DNA of 62,041 nt, filler included, from Stramenopiles sp. TOSAG23-6 (Eukaryota), in the NCBI GenBank assembly GCA_900128565.1. It is 11 parts of 11 records of this genome, joined end to end, with 100 filler letters (N's around TTAATTAATTAA, not from the genome) between each part and the next. Parts side by side here need not be neighbours in the genome. Positions count along the whole stretch, not along the records: positions 1 to 5,563 come from LT636879.1; positions 5,664 to 11,223 come from LT636880.1; 9 more parts are not named here. One strand, given 5' to 3'. Each line of letters starts with the position of its first letter. Positions within the stretch are counted from its first letter, which is position 1. The position numbers and the translations under genes were made by a program. Positions 1 through 10,936 of the stretch are shown piece after piece. Below the pieces are notes generated by a model that was given only the letters and a program-made list of their open reading frames with translations, did no database searches and was not told the origin of the DNA.

Positions 1-138
1 TTAGGATTAAGGATCAAAATCATATTATTCAAATAATCTTTTACGAAAAGAGTTTTTTTTTTTTTTTTTTTTTTTCATACAAAATTTCATACCTAAAACA
101 ATTTTTTTTTTTTGTCAGACGAAGCTTTTCATTTATAG

Positions 139-1392
139 TCAATGATCAAATGTCCATAATTTTAACCATTTATAAGAATCTATCGATTTTTTTGCATTTT
201 GTTGCCATTCTATTATAGTGTTTTCAATTGGTGCCTCTATACCAGCACGAAATTGAAGAAGTCTACAGATCTCACTCGGCTTATGATCTATGATGTCCCG
301 GGGCGTCGAAATTCCGATTTTAAAAAGAAACGATTTCCAAGTCTCAAAGTCAGGTATAATATCACACATTATATCGTGTAACTCTGCTACTTGAGCTTCT
401 TTTATCCATGACTGGATTGCATAACTATATTCCAGAGTATCTCCAGCAGTATGAGTATTACGAGTATTATTTTGTTTACTTTCCTGGTGAGGAGGTGAGA
501 GTGTACTAGTAGAGTCATCGCATGCAGCAGCCAGAAGAAATTGTATATCAGCTTCAGCTAAAAGAGCACGAGTTTTGCAGCCAAGGCGTTCAAGAACAGA
601 AGCATACAATGGTCCACATATTTCAGTGACTTCATCGTCTGGAACAGAACAAGCTGCTACGCGAACTGCTGCTGAATAGTCCAGTATTGATTTTGTACCA
701 ATAGCTTCTGAATTTTCAACACATTTTGATTTTTGTCTAAGTTTTGGGAGTAAGACACACTGCCAATTCCCAGATAGATTGAACGGATGATCTGCAGGTA
801 ACTTTCTAGCTTTCCCACAAGCATCACAAAATATTGTAGTCCCTAATAACTCAACGCAATTTGAAGTTGCTTTCAAATTATTATTTACATTGCTATAGGT
901 TGTATCGTTATTTACATTGGTATTGGTTGTATCGTTATTTACATTGGTATTGGTTGTATCGTTATTTACATTGCTATTTATTGTATCTTTGTTTACATTA
1001 CTCTTGGTTGTATTGCTATTTGTATTACTATTATTCTCTAAAACATCACTATTTAGACGCTGTCGCTTTGAGGGGAGAGCTTTAATTATGCCATCAATGA
1101 AGTCTTTACAGCAAACTGAAGAGACAGTCGGCGGTAAAACTAAATGAGTTTCAGAGCCAGAATCAAACCCAATGTGATCTAATAATTCTTGACTGCCATC
1201 CTGAGAAAGGATTGATTGGAGTAGATTCGAAGATAAATTCAGTCGTCGGAACTTTGAGTTTGAGTCCGGTGAATTAGCAATACGGATCAAAATTCGGGAA
1301 AGTAGCTCTAGCCCTTTCTGTCTCTTTTCACTTCCGGGGACACCGAATGCATCAAGGGTTTCCTGATATGATTTCCTTTTCCGAGAGACCAT
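139..1392 (-). CDS. PUB-domain plus CW-type zinc-finger protein (mirror copy)
   Basis: PUB-like LELLSRILIRIANSP..KFRRLNLS...LLDHIGF; CW-like FCDACGKARKLP...WQC; Asn/Thr repeats between; intronless. Confidence 0.7.
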   Translation of the reverse strand: MVSRKRKSYQETLDAFGVPGSEKRQKGLELLSRILIRIANSPDSNSKFRRLNLSSNLLQSILSQDGSQELLDHIGFDSGSETHLVLPPTVSSVCCKDFIDGIIKALPSKRQRLNSDVLENNSNTNSNTTKSNVNKDTINSNVNNDTTNTNVNNDTTNTNVNNDTTYSNVNNNLKATSNCVELLGTTIFCDACGKARKLPADHPFNLSGNWQCVLLPKLRQKSKCVENSEAIGTKSILDYSAAVRVAACSVPDDEVTEICGPLYASVLERLGCKTRALLAEADIQFLLAAACDDSTSTLSPPHQESKQNNTRNTHTAGDTLEYSYAIQSWIKEAQVAELHDIMCDIIPDFETWKSFLFKIGISTPRDIIDHKPSEICRLLQFRAGIEAPIENTIIEWQQNAKKSIDSYKWLKLWTFDH

Positions 1393-1668
1393 ACAATGAA
1401 TTCAATGCAATCTTTTTATATGATGAACACTTTATTGTATATTACTCCTTAAAGCGGTTTTTTTTGTTGCCTCTTCAAAAATTTATTGTTTTTTTTTTGT
1501 TTTTTTTTTGATGTTTTTCGTTTTTTTTATTTTTTGACCCCAGTTGACTGGTGGTCTCCTCGGAATTCTAAAACACAGAAATTTAATACAGCAAGTATCT
1601 TGCAAGATAGTGGGACTGGTACATGTAATTCAGCTTGTGTTTTGTTTTGTATAACGTAGTTACGTTTA

Positions 1669-2729
1669 ATGACAATAAACGCCCAGAATGGTCTTCGATG
1701 CTGGCACCTATTTGCTTTTGCACTAATTGGGCTATGCTCGTGGATATTGGTTACTGGGATTATGTCAGAGGCAATTATTTTTGCGTGTATTGTACCAGAG
1801 GGTCAAAAGATATTTTCATACCTTGATTTTTGCATCCAGCTTGCAAATATTTTCCCGTTTAGTATTGTAGTCTTGCAGAAAATTGGTTGTATTCGTCAGT
1901 TGAATAATGGTCTTGTAATCAAAATACTGTTTACTTTAGGTTTTATAACATCCATTATGCTTTCGTTGTTTTGGGGAAAAACTATGGTTATTGCAGGGGA
2001 AAACATTTCAATAGGTTTACGAGTGGGTGCGTTTTTTAGTGGGATTATTGGAACAACAGCTATGATTAGCTTTTATAATTTTTGTCTAGATATGACAGCA
2101 GAAGGTGAAACACAAATAGTAGGTGTTGAGAACAAGTTAGCATCAAGTGCAATTGGGTCACTCTCGGTTGGTTTAGGCTCATGTGGTGTAGTTTCCATTT
2201 GTCTTTGTGCGCTGCAAAACTCAAAAAATGCTTGTGCTAAAAGTGGTAACACTTTTAGTACTGTCGATAAGAAACTTGTACGTTGCCCACTTTTATTTCA
2301 ATTTTTTTTTCGTAGTACATTTCGTACCTAACAAAAAAAAATCAAATTTGACATATTTTTGGACAATACTTAATTTTTCGGTTGATATTTTCTTTTTTAT
2401 AATAGCTCTATTGTACGGAGTAGGTTTCATGATAGTTTATATCATCGAGCAGAATACAAATAAAGCTATCGAATCTAGTTTGTTAAATGATAACTATAAC
2501 GATTTAGGCTCTTCGGATAGTGACTTCATTCCTCCGACGATAAATGCTATAAATGTTAGTGAAAATAATCTGAATGAGGAAATACTAGCAAATGAATTTG
2601 ATAATATAAGCACCAATAGTACAACCGTTATGTGTGATAACAAGCGACAATATTATATTTTAGGAAATATATTCATAACTTGCTTAACTATGTATGGAGT
2701 GTATGGTTATATTCCATATCTTGGTCCAT
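1669..2729 (+). CDS. SLC52/riboflavin-transporter-like membrane protein; exons 1669-2277 and 2372-2729; 3' end truncated by the fold-back
   Basis: GLCSWILVTGIMSE...VPEGQKIFSYLDFCIQLANIFP resembles the SLC52 N-terminal motif; splicing gives ..KKL|NFSVDIFF. Confidence 0.7.
2278..2371 (+). mobile_element. Introner-like intron, GT..TT
   Basis: aaactt|GTACGT...TTCGTACCTAAC...GGACAATACTT|aat; removal joins the two ORFs in frame; ACTT direct repeat. Confidence 0.85.
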
Positions 2730-2809
2730 GTTCGTTTTATTTTTTTTCAATTTCTAATTTATTTTTCGTACGAAATTTTGTACCTAACGATTTTTTTTTG
2801 AAATATTTT
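2730..2809 (+). mobile_element. Introner-like intron, truncated at the fold-back point (5' end GTTCGT)
   Basis: Core TTTCGTACGAAATTTTGTACCTAAC and TTTGAAATATTTT are present. Confidence 0.75.
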
Positions 2810-2834
2810 GAAATTGAAAAAAAATAAAACGAAC

Positions 2835-3895
2835 ATGGACCAAGATATGGAATATAACCATACACTCCATACATAGTTAAGCAAGTTATGAATATATTTC
2901 CTAAAATATAATATTGTCGCTTGTTATCACACATAACGGTTGTACTATTGGTGCTTATATTATCAAATTCATTTGCTAGTATTTCCTCATTCAGATTATT
3001 TTCACTAACATTTATAGCATTTATCGTCGGAGGAATGAAGTCACTATCCGAAGAGCCTAAATCGTTATAGTTATCATTTAACAAACTAGATTCGATAGCT
3101 TTATTTGTATTCTGCTCGATGATATAAACTATCATGAAACCTACTCCGTACAATAGAGCTATTATAAAAAAGAAAATATCAACCGAAAAATTAAGTATTG
3201 TCCAAAAATATGTCAAATTTGATTTTTTTTTGTTAGGTACGAAATGTACTACGAAAAAAAAATTGAAATAAAAGTGGGCAACGTACAAGTTTCTTATCGA
3301 CAGTACTAAAAGTGTTACCACTTTTAGCACAAGCATTTTTTGAGTTTTGCAGCGCACAAAGACAAATGGAAACTACACCACATGAGCCTAAACCAACCGA
3401 GAGTGACCCAATTGCACTTGATGCTAACTTGTTCTCAACACCTACTATTTGTGTTTCACCTTCTGCTGTCATATCTAGACAAAAATTATAAAAGCTAATC
3501 ATAGCTGTTGTTCCAATAATCCCACTAAAAAACGCACCCACTCGTAAACCTATTGAAATGTTTTCCCCTGCAATAACCATAGTTTTTCCCCAAAACAACG
3601 AAAGCATAATGGATGTTATAAAACCTAAAGTAAACAGTATTTTGATTACAAGACCATTATTCAACTGACGAATACAACCAATTTTCTGCAAGACTACAAT
3701 ACTAAACGGGAAAATATTTGCAAGCTGGATGCAAAAATCAAGGTATGAAAATATCTTTTGACCCTCTGGTACAATACACGCAAAAATAATTGCCTCTGAC
3801 ATAATCCCAGTAACCAATATCCACGAGCATAGCCCAATTAGTGCAAAAGCAAATAGGTGCCAGCATCGAAGACCATTCTGGGCGTTTATTGTCAT
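2835..3895 (-). CDS. SLC52-like transporter (mirror copy; intron 3193-3286)
   Basis: Exact reverse complement of 1669-2729. Confidence 0.65.
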
Positions 3896-4171
3896 TAAAC
3901 GTAACTACGTTATACAAAACAAAACACAAGCTGAATTACATGTACCAGTCCCACTATCTTGCAAGATACTTGCTGTATTAAATTTCTGTGTTTTAGAATT
4001 CCGAGGAGACCACCAGTCAACTGGGGTCAAAAAATAAAAAAAACGAAAAACATCAAAAAAAAAACAAAAAAAAAACAATAAATTTTTGAAGAGGCAACAA
4101 AAAAAACCGCTTTAAGGAGTAATATACAATAAAGTGTTCATCATATAAAAAGATTGCATTGAATTCATTGT

Positions 4172-5425
4172 ATGGTCTCTCGGAAAAGGAAATCATATCA
4201 GGAAACCCTTGATGCATTCGGTGTCCCCGGAAGTGAAAAGAGACAGAAAGGGCTAGAGCTACTTTCCCGAATTTTGATCCGTATTGCTAATTCACCGGAC
4301 TCAAACTCAAAGTTCCGACGACTGAATTTATCTTCGAATCTACTCCAATCAATCCTTTCTCAGGATGGCAGTCAAGAATTATTAGATCACATTGGGTTTG
4401 ATTCTGGCTCTGAAACTCATTTAGTTTTACCGCCGACTGTCTCTTCAGTTTGCTGTAAAGACTTCATTGATGGCATAATTAAAGCTCTCCCCTCAAAGCG
4501 ACAGCGTCTAAATAGTGATGTTTTAGAGAATAATAGTAATACAAATAGCAATACAACCAAGAGTAATGTAAACAAAGATACAATAAATAGCAATGTAAAT
4601 AACGATACAACCAATACCAATGTAAATAACGATACAACCAATACCAATGTAAATAACGATACAACCTATAGCAATGTAAATAATAATTTGAAAGCAACTT
4701 CAAATTGCGTTGAGTTATTAGGGACTACAATATTTTGTGATGCTTGTGGGAAAGCTAGAAAGTTACCTGCAGATCATCCGTTCAATCTATCTGGGAATTG
4801 GCAGTGTGTCTTACTCCCAAAACTTAGACAAAAATCAAAATGTGTTGAAAATTCAGAAGCTATTGGTACAAAATCAATACTGGACTATTCAGCAGCAGTT
4901 CGCGTAGCAGCTTGTTCTGTTCCAGACGATGAAGTCACTGAAATATGTGGACCATTGTATGCTTCTGTTCTTGAACGCCTTGGCTGCAAAACTCGTGCTC
5001 TTTTAGCTGAAGCTGATATACAATTTCTTCTGGCTGCTGCATGCGATGACTCTACTAGTACACTCTCACCTCCTCACCAGGAAAGTAAACAAAATAATAC
5101 TCGTAATACTCATACTGCTGGAGATACTCTGGAATATAGTTATGCAATCCAGTCATGGATAAAAGAAGCTCAAGTAGCAGAGTTACACGATATAATGTGT
5201 GATATTATACCTGACTTTGAGACTTGGAAATCGTTTCTTTTTAAAATCGGAATTTCGACGCCCCGGGACATCATAGATCATAAGCCGAGTGAGATCTGTA
5301 GACTTCTTCAATTTCGTGCTGGTATAGAGGCACCAATTGAAAACACTATAATAGAATGGCAACAAAATGCAAAAAAATCGATAGATTCTTATAAATGGTT
5401 AAAATTATGGACATTTGATCATTGA
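4172..5425 (+). CDS. PUB-domain plus CW-type zinc-finger protein
   Basis: 417-aa ORF with the same motifs as 139-1392. Confidence 0.7.
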   Translation: MVSRKRKSYQETLDAFGVPGSEKRQKGLELLSRILIRIANSPDSNSKFRRLNLSSNLLQSILSQDGSQELLDHIGFDSGSETHLVLPPTVSSVCCKDFIDGIIKALPSKRQRLNSDVLENNSNTNSNTTKSNVNKDTINSNVNNDTTNTNVNNDTTNTNVNNDTTYSNVNNNLKATSNCVELLGTTIFCDACGKARKLPADHPFNLSGNWQCVLLPKLRQKSKCVENSEAIGTKSILDYSAAVRVAACSVPDDEVTEICGPLYASVLERLGCKTRALLAEADIQFLLAAACDDSTSTLSPPHQESKQNNTRNTHTAGDTLEYSYAIQSWIKEAQVAELHDIMCDIIPDFETWKSFLFKIGISTPRDIIDHKPSEICRLLQFRAGIEAPIENTIIEWQQNAKKSIDSYKWLKLWTFDH

Positions 5426-5563
5426 CTATAAATGAAAAGCTTCGTCTGACAAAAAAAAAAAATTGTTTTAGGTATGAAATTTTGTATGAAAAAAAAAAAA
5501 AAAAAAAAAAACTCTTTTCGTAAAAGATTATTTGAATAATATGATTTTGATCCTTAATCCTAA

Positions 5564-5663
5564 NNNNNNNNNNNNNNNNNNNNNNNNNNNNNNNNNNNNN
5601 NNNNNNNTTAATTAATTAANNNNNNNNNNNNNNNNNNNNNNNNNNNNNNNNNNNNNNNNNNNN
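5564..5663. other. Artificial contig linker N-TTAATTAATTAA-N (also 11224-11323, 16880-16979, 22536-22635, 28190-28289, 33841-33940, 39490-39589, 45130-45229, 50769-50868, 56406-56505)
   Basis: Identical 100-nt spacers with six-frame stops; contig lengths decrease or tie in order (5563, 5560, 5556, 5556, 5554...). Confidence 0.98.
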
Positions 5664-5718
5664 GTACGAAATTTTGTACCTAACAAAAAATAATTTGAAA
5701 TATTTTTCCAAAATACAT

Positions 5719-7521
5719 CAGTGTTGTAAAAAAAGTTCACGTAAAGGCAATCGATCACGCGAATATAGCACAACTTCGTTTGAAGCAGTTGAGTGCTCAG
5801 ACTTCAGTGAATCAACATGAAGGTAAAGAAAGTGAGGGCAAAGAAAGTGACGACGGACCATCTACATTTGCATCGGGGACATCCGCAATGACAATTTATG
5901 ATAATGCTATGAAAGGCGTAGGATTTTCAGAAGGTTTTCAAGCATTTGTTGATAACCTGGCACTTCAAAGCAACCAAGATATAAATCAAGTATTCCAAGC
6001 TCTCTCTGATAAAAGTGTCACTAGTAAGGTTGCAAAAGCATGTATGAAGGCCCCGATCAACTTTTATAAAGCGTCTAGTGCATTGACTTTAGTATTGAAT
6101 ACCTTACCATCGTCATGTATGTTTTAATTTTTTTTTCAATTTTGATTTTATTTCGTACGAAATTTTGTACCTAACAATTTTTTTAGATTTTTTTTGAAAT
6201 ATTTTTCCAAAATACATCGCCCAACTTGGAATCTGTAACACGAGCTTTCTGTAATCTTGGTAAAGCTACGATTTCTGAAGATACTAATTTAGCTAGAGAT
6301 TTATTTAAAGATTACGTACTTGGTTTACCTCGTTTTCTTACACTGCTCAAATCACGAGAAAAAAGACCAACAATATCTAAAATTTTATTTTCATTTTCCA
6401 CCGACGATTCAGCGGTCCATTTGGACACAATTTTATCTCTTGAACAAGTTATGGATGATGAAGATGATTTTCTGGTATGTGTCGCTCAGATGATTTGTCT
6501 CGAGGAGAATTTTGATCATGATCTTTTGGATTTATATTCAGATTGTTTTACGAGAGGGTTAGCTTCTACAAAACCTTCTGTTAGATCTGCAAGTATATCC
6601 ATGTTTGCTGTATTTGTAGAGAAAGAAAAGTCTGTGGCTGCGTCGTTTTTACCCACACTTAAAAACTTTGTTTCCGATACTAATTGGGAAATTCAAGCTC
6701 AATTACTTAAAGTCTCTGCATCTATGTTGTGCTTCTTTGATTCCCCATCCCCTGAACAGGATAGTGCGGCAGATATTGTAAGAAATGTGCTTGTAGAAAA
6801 CTGTGACACGGCAGTGGAGCTCATTGGTCTTCCCTCGTTATTAACAGCTCTAACACAATTGAATTGTGGTAATAAGGGAGCTGAAATGATAAAGAGTTTG
6901 TTAGAATTTTGCGTAAACTATGTCTTCACAATGAGTCAGGATAATCGATTGAAATTATTTTCCACAAATACAGAGATAGTTGAAGTAAATGATGTAAAAT
7001 ATACTATACAACCTACCGTACTCAATTGGGATCCAATTTCTATTGTAGCTGAAGTAGCTCGAGCATTAAAAGCTAAAGGCACAAATTATATTGAGCTCGA
7101 ACAAATTGAAGTTATTGCAGCTGCAGTATGTAATAAAACGGCGGAAATTTCAATGTCAGAGTACCCACGTGACTGGGAAGAAGTATTTGGAAGTGGAGGC
7201 TTGAAAGATTTTGTATATATTGGAATGTGTGACCCACAGTGCTGCGTCTTAGCTACCAAAATTGTCTCTAAGCTTATTTATGGGCCAGACATTCTTCGCG
7301 AGCTTGTTCTTCAATCCGAATCCCTTGTCGGAGTACTAAGGCTAATATTTCCTTCGCAGAGTGATGGCGATGAATCTGTGCAAGGTATTGTTTGTAGTTT
7401 TATTAACGAAGCTATTGAGAGAGGTGGCAATGTAGCTACTGATATGAAAAGATTATTACGAGCTTCTAAAGCTGGAATTGGTTTAACTTCAGAGTTACAG
7501 GCAATTTATGATGGACTTTAA
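5719..7521 (+). CDS. Alpha-helical (ARM/HEAT-like) protein, 5'-partial; exons 5719-6116 and 6218-7521
   Basis: Splicing gives ..TLPSS|SPNLESV; helical repeat-like composition. Confidence 0.6.
6117..6217 (+). mobile_element. Introner-like intron, GT..AT
   Basis: tcat|GTATGTTTT...CGTACGAAATTTTGTACCTAAC...CCAAAATACAT|cg; frame restored; CAT direct repeat. Confidence 0.9.
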
Positions 7522-7582
7522 TCAAAGATTTTTTGCTTCGTGAATTTATGATGGACTTTAATCAAAGATTTTTTGCTTCGTG
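7503..7582 (+). repeat. 40-bp tandem duplication spanning a stop codon
   Basis: AATTTATGATGGACTTTAATCAAAGATTTTTTGCTTCGTG x2. Confidence 0.9.
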
Positions 7583-8216
7583 TGTATCTGTTACCCTCGT
7601 CCAAGTTTTGCTGATTTAGACTTACATTGACTCCATTTATCTAGTAAAAATAAGAAATAAAATGATTATTAGTATAATATATCGCAAAAAAATCAAATTT
7701 CAAATTTTCATAAACATTAAATGTTAAACTCCATTTTACTTATGTTCATATGTCAATATTTTTTTTCTCTTTTTTTTATTGTTTTTTTAAGTATACAGTT
7801 GATTTCAATGAAGTTTTTGATTTTATAATTCAATTTGCTAGAAGTTATCAGCTTTTGATAGATGCAGTTGGTAACAATTTATGAATACTATCTGGTTCTG
7901 AATCAAATAATAATTTTTTTTCCAACAATGATAATTTTTTGAGATTTTCTAGTTGGCCAATTTCCGTTGGTATTGGACCAAATAGTTTGTTGAGTATCAA
8001 ACTCAATATTAAAAAAATTTGAATGTCTTTTTTTTTAAAATCCTATTAGGGTTAGGGGTTTGTTTTTAATTTTCAAACGTCTTTTTTGCGTTTGGAATTT
8101 TGAACTTTCGGATTTGATTTGAACTTTCGGATAGTCCAAATCTTTCGATCTGCACATGACATGCCGTGCAACGCTGTGAAAAAAAGAACATTCATAGGGT
8201 AAAAAAACATTTCGGA

Positions 8217-10936
8217 ATGCATTGGATGATGAGGAAATCAATGTCCCTGTTTCTAGCCATTATAATTGAACTTCAAACATCACGAGTATATGTTATGGCT
8301 GGTGAATTTAGCTTAAGTCCATGCACGTGCGGTAATCCTTCAGGTTTTCTTTGTTCAAACACGGATTGCAATAGTTTCAAAGTTACGTGCAAAAATGTGT
8401 CTAACCCGTCTATCCTTGCCGGTAAATTTTTCTACCAGGTTGATATGAGTAAAAAAATATCTTGTGATGCACCTAGTCTTGACCCAAATGTAGGTGTTGA
8501 GACTTGTAAAAAAGTCGAGGACACACGATCTTACCAACCGTGGTACATAGACGGAAAAAGTGAGATCAATGTAATACATTGCTTCTACCCAAAAATCCAT
8601 CATGGGCAGCTCTGGCACCAAGTCAATTATACATATAAAAATGGAATGTTAAAAGATCGCGTGGAAAAGCTACCAGTTCCTCGAACTACACAAAAAGTTC
8701 TTAGGAGTGACGTAGAACAAAAAAATACTAATGTTATAACCAAGTTTTCGTTGAAGTGCAGCTGCGGGATAAATGATTGTAGTAAATGTACAAAAGATCC
8801 ACTGATTACAATTGCCGTTCCACCACATACAAATTCAACGGGTGTGGTTTGTGTTAGCGATAGTGATACAAATTCACAACCAACAAAGCCACAATGTACT
8901 TTCTTGAAACACTTTGACGACACGTTGACAGCCATCTGTCAAAGCAACCCGCTGAGCTCGAGGTTCGTTCTTGATACAAATGTGGCTGAAAAATATAAAG
9001 ATGTTGTTTCTTTTAAAGTAGATCATGAGCGAACCCAACATTTGATGTTTACGTACTGCCATGTTGATATTACCATTCCAGATGGTAAAAAAGTTTACAC
9101 ACCTGTGGAAATTCAGCTACCAACAGTTCCAATCAAGTTAATCCCTTTACAATATGACATACAGTATTTTTTTACCCCCTCGGCAAATGAACTTGGGGTA
9201 GACACCCCCACAAACAACAAAATAGTCAAAAAAGGGACCACAATATCATTGTCAAGTTTCAACACCGGAGCCAGCAAATCACCTGCAACAATTTATTATA
9301 CCGAGTATTTTGTTTTATATGAATTTCTAATTTAATTTTTTTTTTCATACGAAATTTCGTACCTAACGATTTTTTTTTGAAATATTTTTTCACAATACGA
9401 TAATGGCTATGTACCGAATTGTCATCAAAATGTCGGAAAATACACACCTCCACAAACATGGACTTTAAAAAATAACCTGACATTAAAGGCAACAATCTGT
9501 ACTCAACAAGCCGGACAAGCCCCTGAAATAGAAACTCAAATATATTACGTAAATGAACCAAGACTTCCCACGTTTCAAACCAGTGGAACCATTAGTCTTA
9601 GAAATCCCTCGGGGACACTCACGGTGACATCCACATTTGCTGTTTTTGTGTGCTATACGAAAACATCGAGTGATCCACAGTGTGGAACAAATCAAGCATG
9701 CACTAATGGTAATCCTATTGAAGGTCAAGGATCTGAGAATTCTAAATTTGACCTCGGAACAATAACTCGGGATACTCTTTTTAAAGTACGAGGCTGCCCA
9801 TCTACAATAGGGTTCCCGCCACCACGACAGTCGAATGTATCACAATTACAATATTATCTCGACGCAGGAGAAATAGTTTTTAAACCCAACAGTACTTTTT
9901 CTCTTTTGATCATGAATGCTTGTTTCATTTTTTTCCGTACGAAATTTTGTACCTAACAAAAAACATTTTGTAAAATATTCTTTTATCGTACTGCTGCTAC
10001 TAACGAGGCCCTCACAAACCCAAGTGTAATTACAATATCATGTGAAAACTCAATAGCGATTTGCTATAGCATGGATGAAAATAGTGAACCAACTTGTTCA
10101 AGTAATGGATCATCCTGTATTTCTGGCAGAATGGCCTCAGCAACTGGTCACATCTCTTTGTCGAATAGCGGTACTGTATGTTTTCACTATTTTTTTTAAA
10201 TTTCATTTTTTTTCCAAAGTTTATTCCTTATAATATTTTTTTACGAAAAAAAAAATATATATATTTTCACAATAACGATACTTGCAGTTGGTTGTGTCGA
10301 TACAACTCGTCCAGGTAGTCCTAAACATTCATCTGTAGGAAATCAATCTTATACGCTAATGCCAGGAGCAGTTCATTTTAGTCATGAAGAAGGTAGTGTT
10401 GCAAACCCGACAACGATTACAGTCTCGTGTGGGACATCGCCAAATAAACANNNNNNNNNNNNNNNNNNNNNNTGAAATCACTGATGCAGAATGTGCTACG
10501 GATGGTGGGTCATGTACCAATGGAACACTGTTTCCGGAAAGTGGTATTGTAATAACAAAAGAAACGACGTTGAGTGCACAATGCTGTATGAATACGACAA
10601 AAATAAAACTGCCAGCGATTATTCCAGTTGCTACTATTTTGTATACGATTGGAGCATCAAATGCCATACTCGAAACGGATGTAGGAGATCGTGTTTTTAA
10701 AGGTACAATCATTACTATTTGTGTTTTATGTACGTTTTTTTCGTAGATTTTATTTTTTTGTACCAAATTTCCTACCTAACATCAATTGTTTTTTTTTTTT
10801 TCACAATACATTCATCCCCGTCATTATGATATTTACATGTCCGCGATACCTTACATCAAATTACGACCCACCAGAATGGTGGGGTGAAGAATATAATAGT
10901 GAAGATGAGACTGAAACTGAGAGCAAAGATCAATAA
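8217..10936 (+). CDS. Cys-rich surface protein with Fn3-associated/CHB_HEX_C-like repeats and a C-terminal TM helix; exons 8217-9304, 9401-9891, 9994-10175, 10278-10729, 10812-10936
   Basis: Splicing restores ATIYYT|DNGYVP, AICYSMDENSEPTC and the TM segment GTIITICVL|FIPVIMIFTC; short N gap near 10451. Confidence 0.7.
9305..9400 (+). mobile_element. Introner-like intron, GT..GA
   Basis: accga|GTATTTT...CACAATACGA|taat; GA direct repeat; restores IYYTD. Confidence 0.9.
9892..9993 (+). mobile_element. Introner-like intron, GT..TG
   Basis: aaca|GTACTTTT...CGTACGAAATTTTGTACCTAAC...ATCGTACTG|ct; frame restored; no direct repeat. Confidence 0.8.
10176..10277 (+). mobile_element. Introner-like intron (degenerate core), GT..CG
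   Basis: act|GTATGTTTT...CACAATAACG|ata ctt gca; frame restored. Confidence 0.75.
10730..10811 (+). mobile_element. Introner-like intron, GT..AT
   Basis: ttat|GTACGTTTT...CCTACCTAAC...CACAATACAT|tc; restores a TM helix. Confidence 0.85.

Larger units (their letters stand above)
1..5563. repeat. Fold-back (inverted-repeat) contig: arms 1-2754 and 2810-5563
   Basis: Position x mirrors 5564-x; ORFs 139-1392(-) and 4172-5425(+) are identical; the spacer 2755-2809 lies inside an intron-family copy. Confidence 0.97.

Noticed and set aside
1-5563. 5.5-kb palindrome as a hairpin chromosome or amplicon
   Set aside because: The arms are identical, the junction truncates a gene inside an intron, and this fits an amplification or assembly chimera.
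5564-5663. TTAATTAATTAA as a biological repeat
   Set aside because: It is a six-frame-stop linker embedded in Ns at every contig join.
6117-6217. Ordinary U12-type AT-AC introns
   Set aside because: The shifted register gives AT..AC only where the duplicated dinucleotide is AT; TT, GA, AA and AC cases break it, and the RTATCCTT donor is absent.
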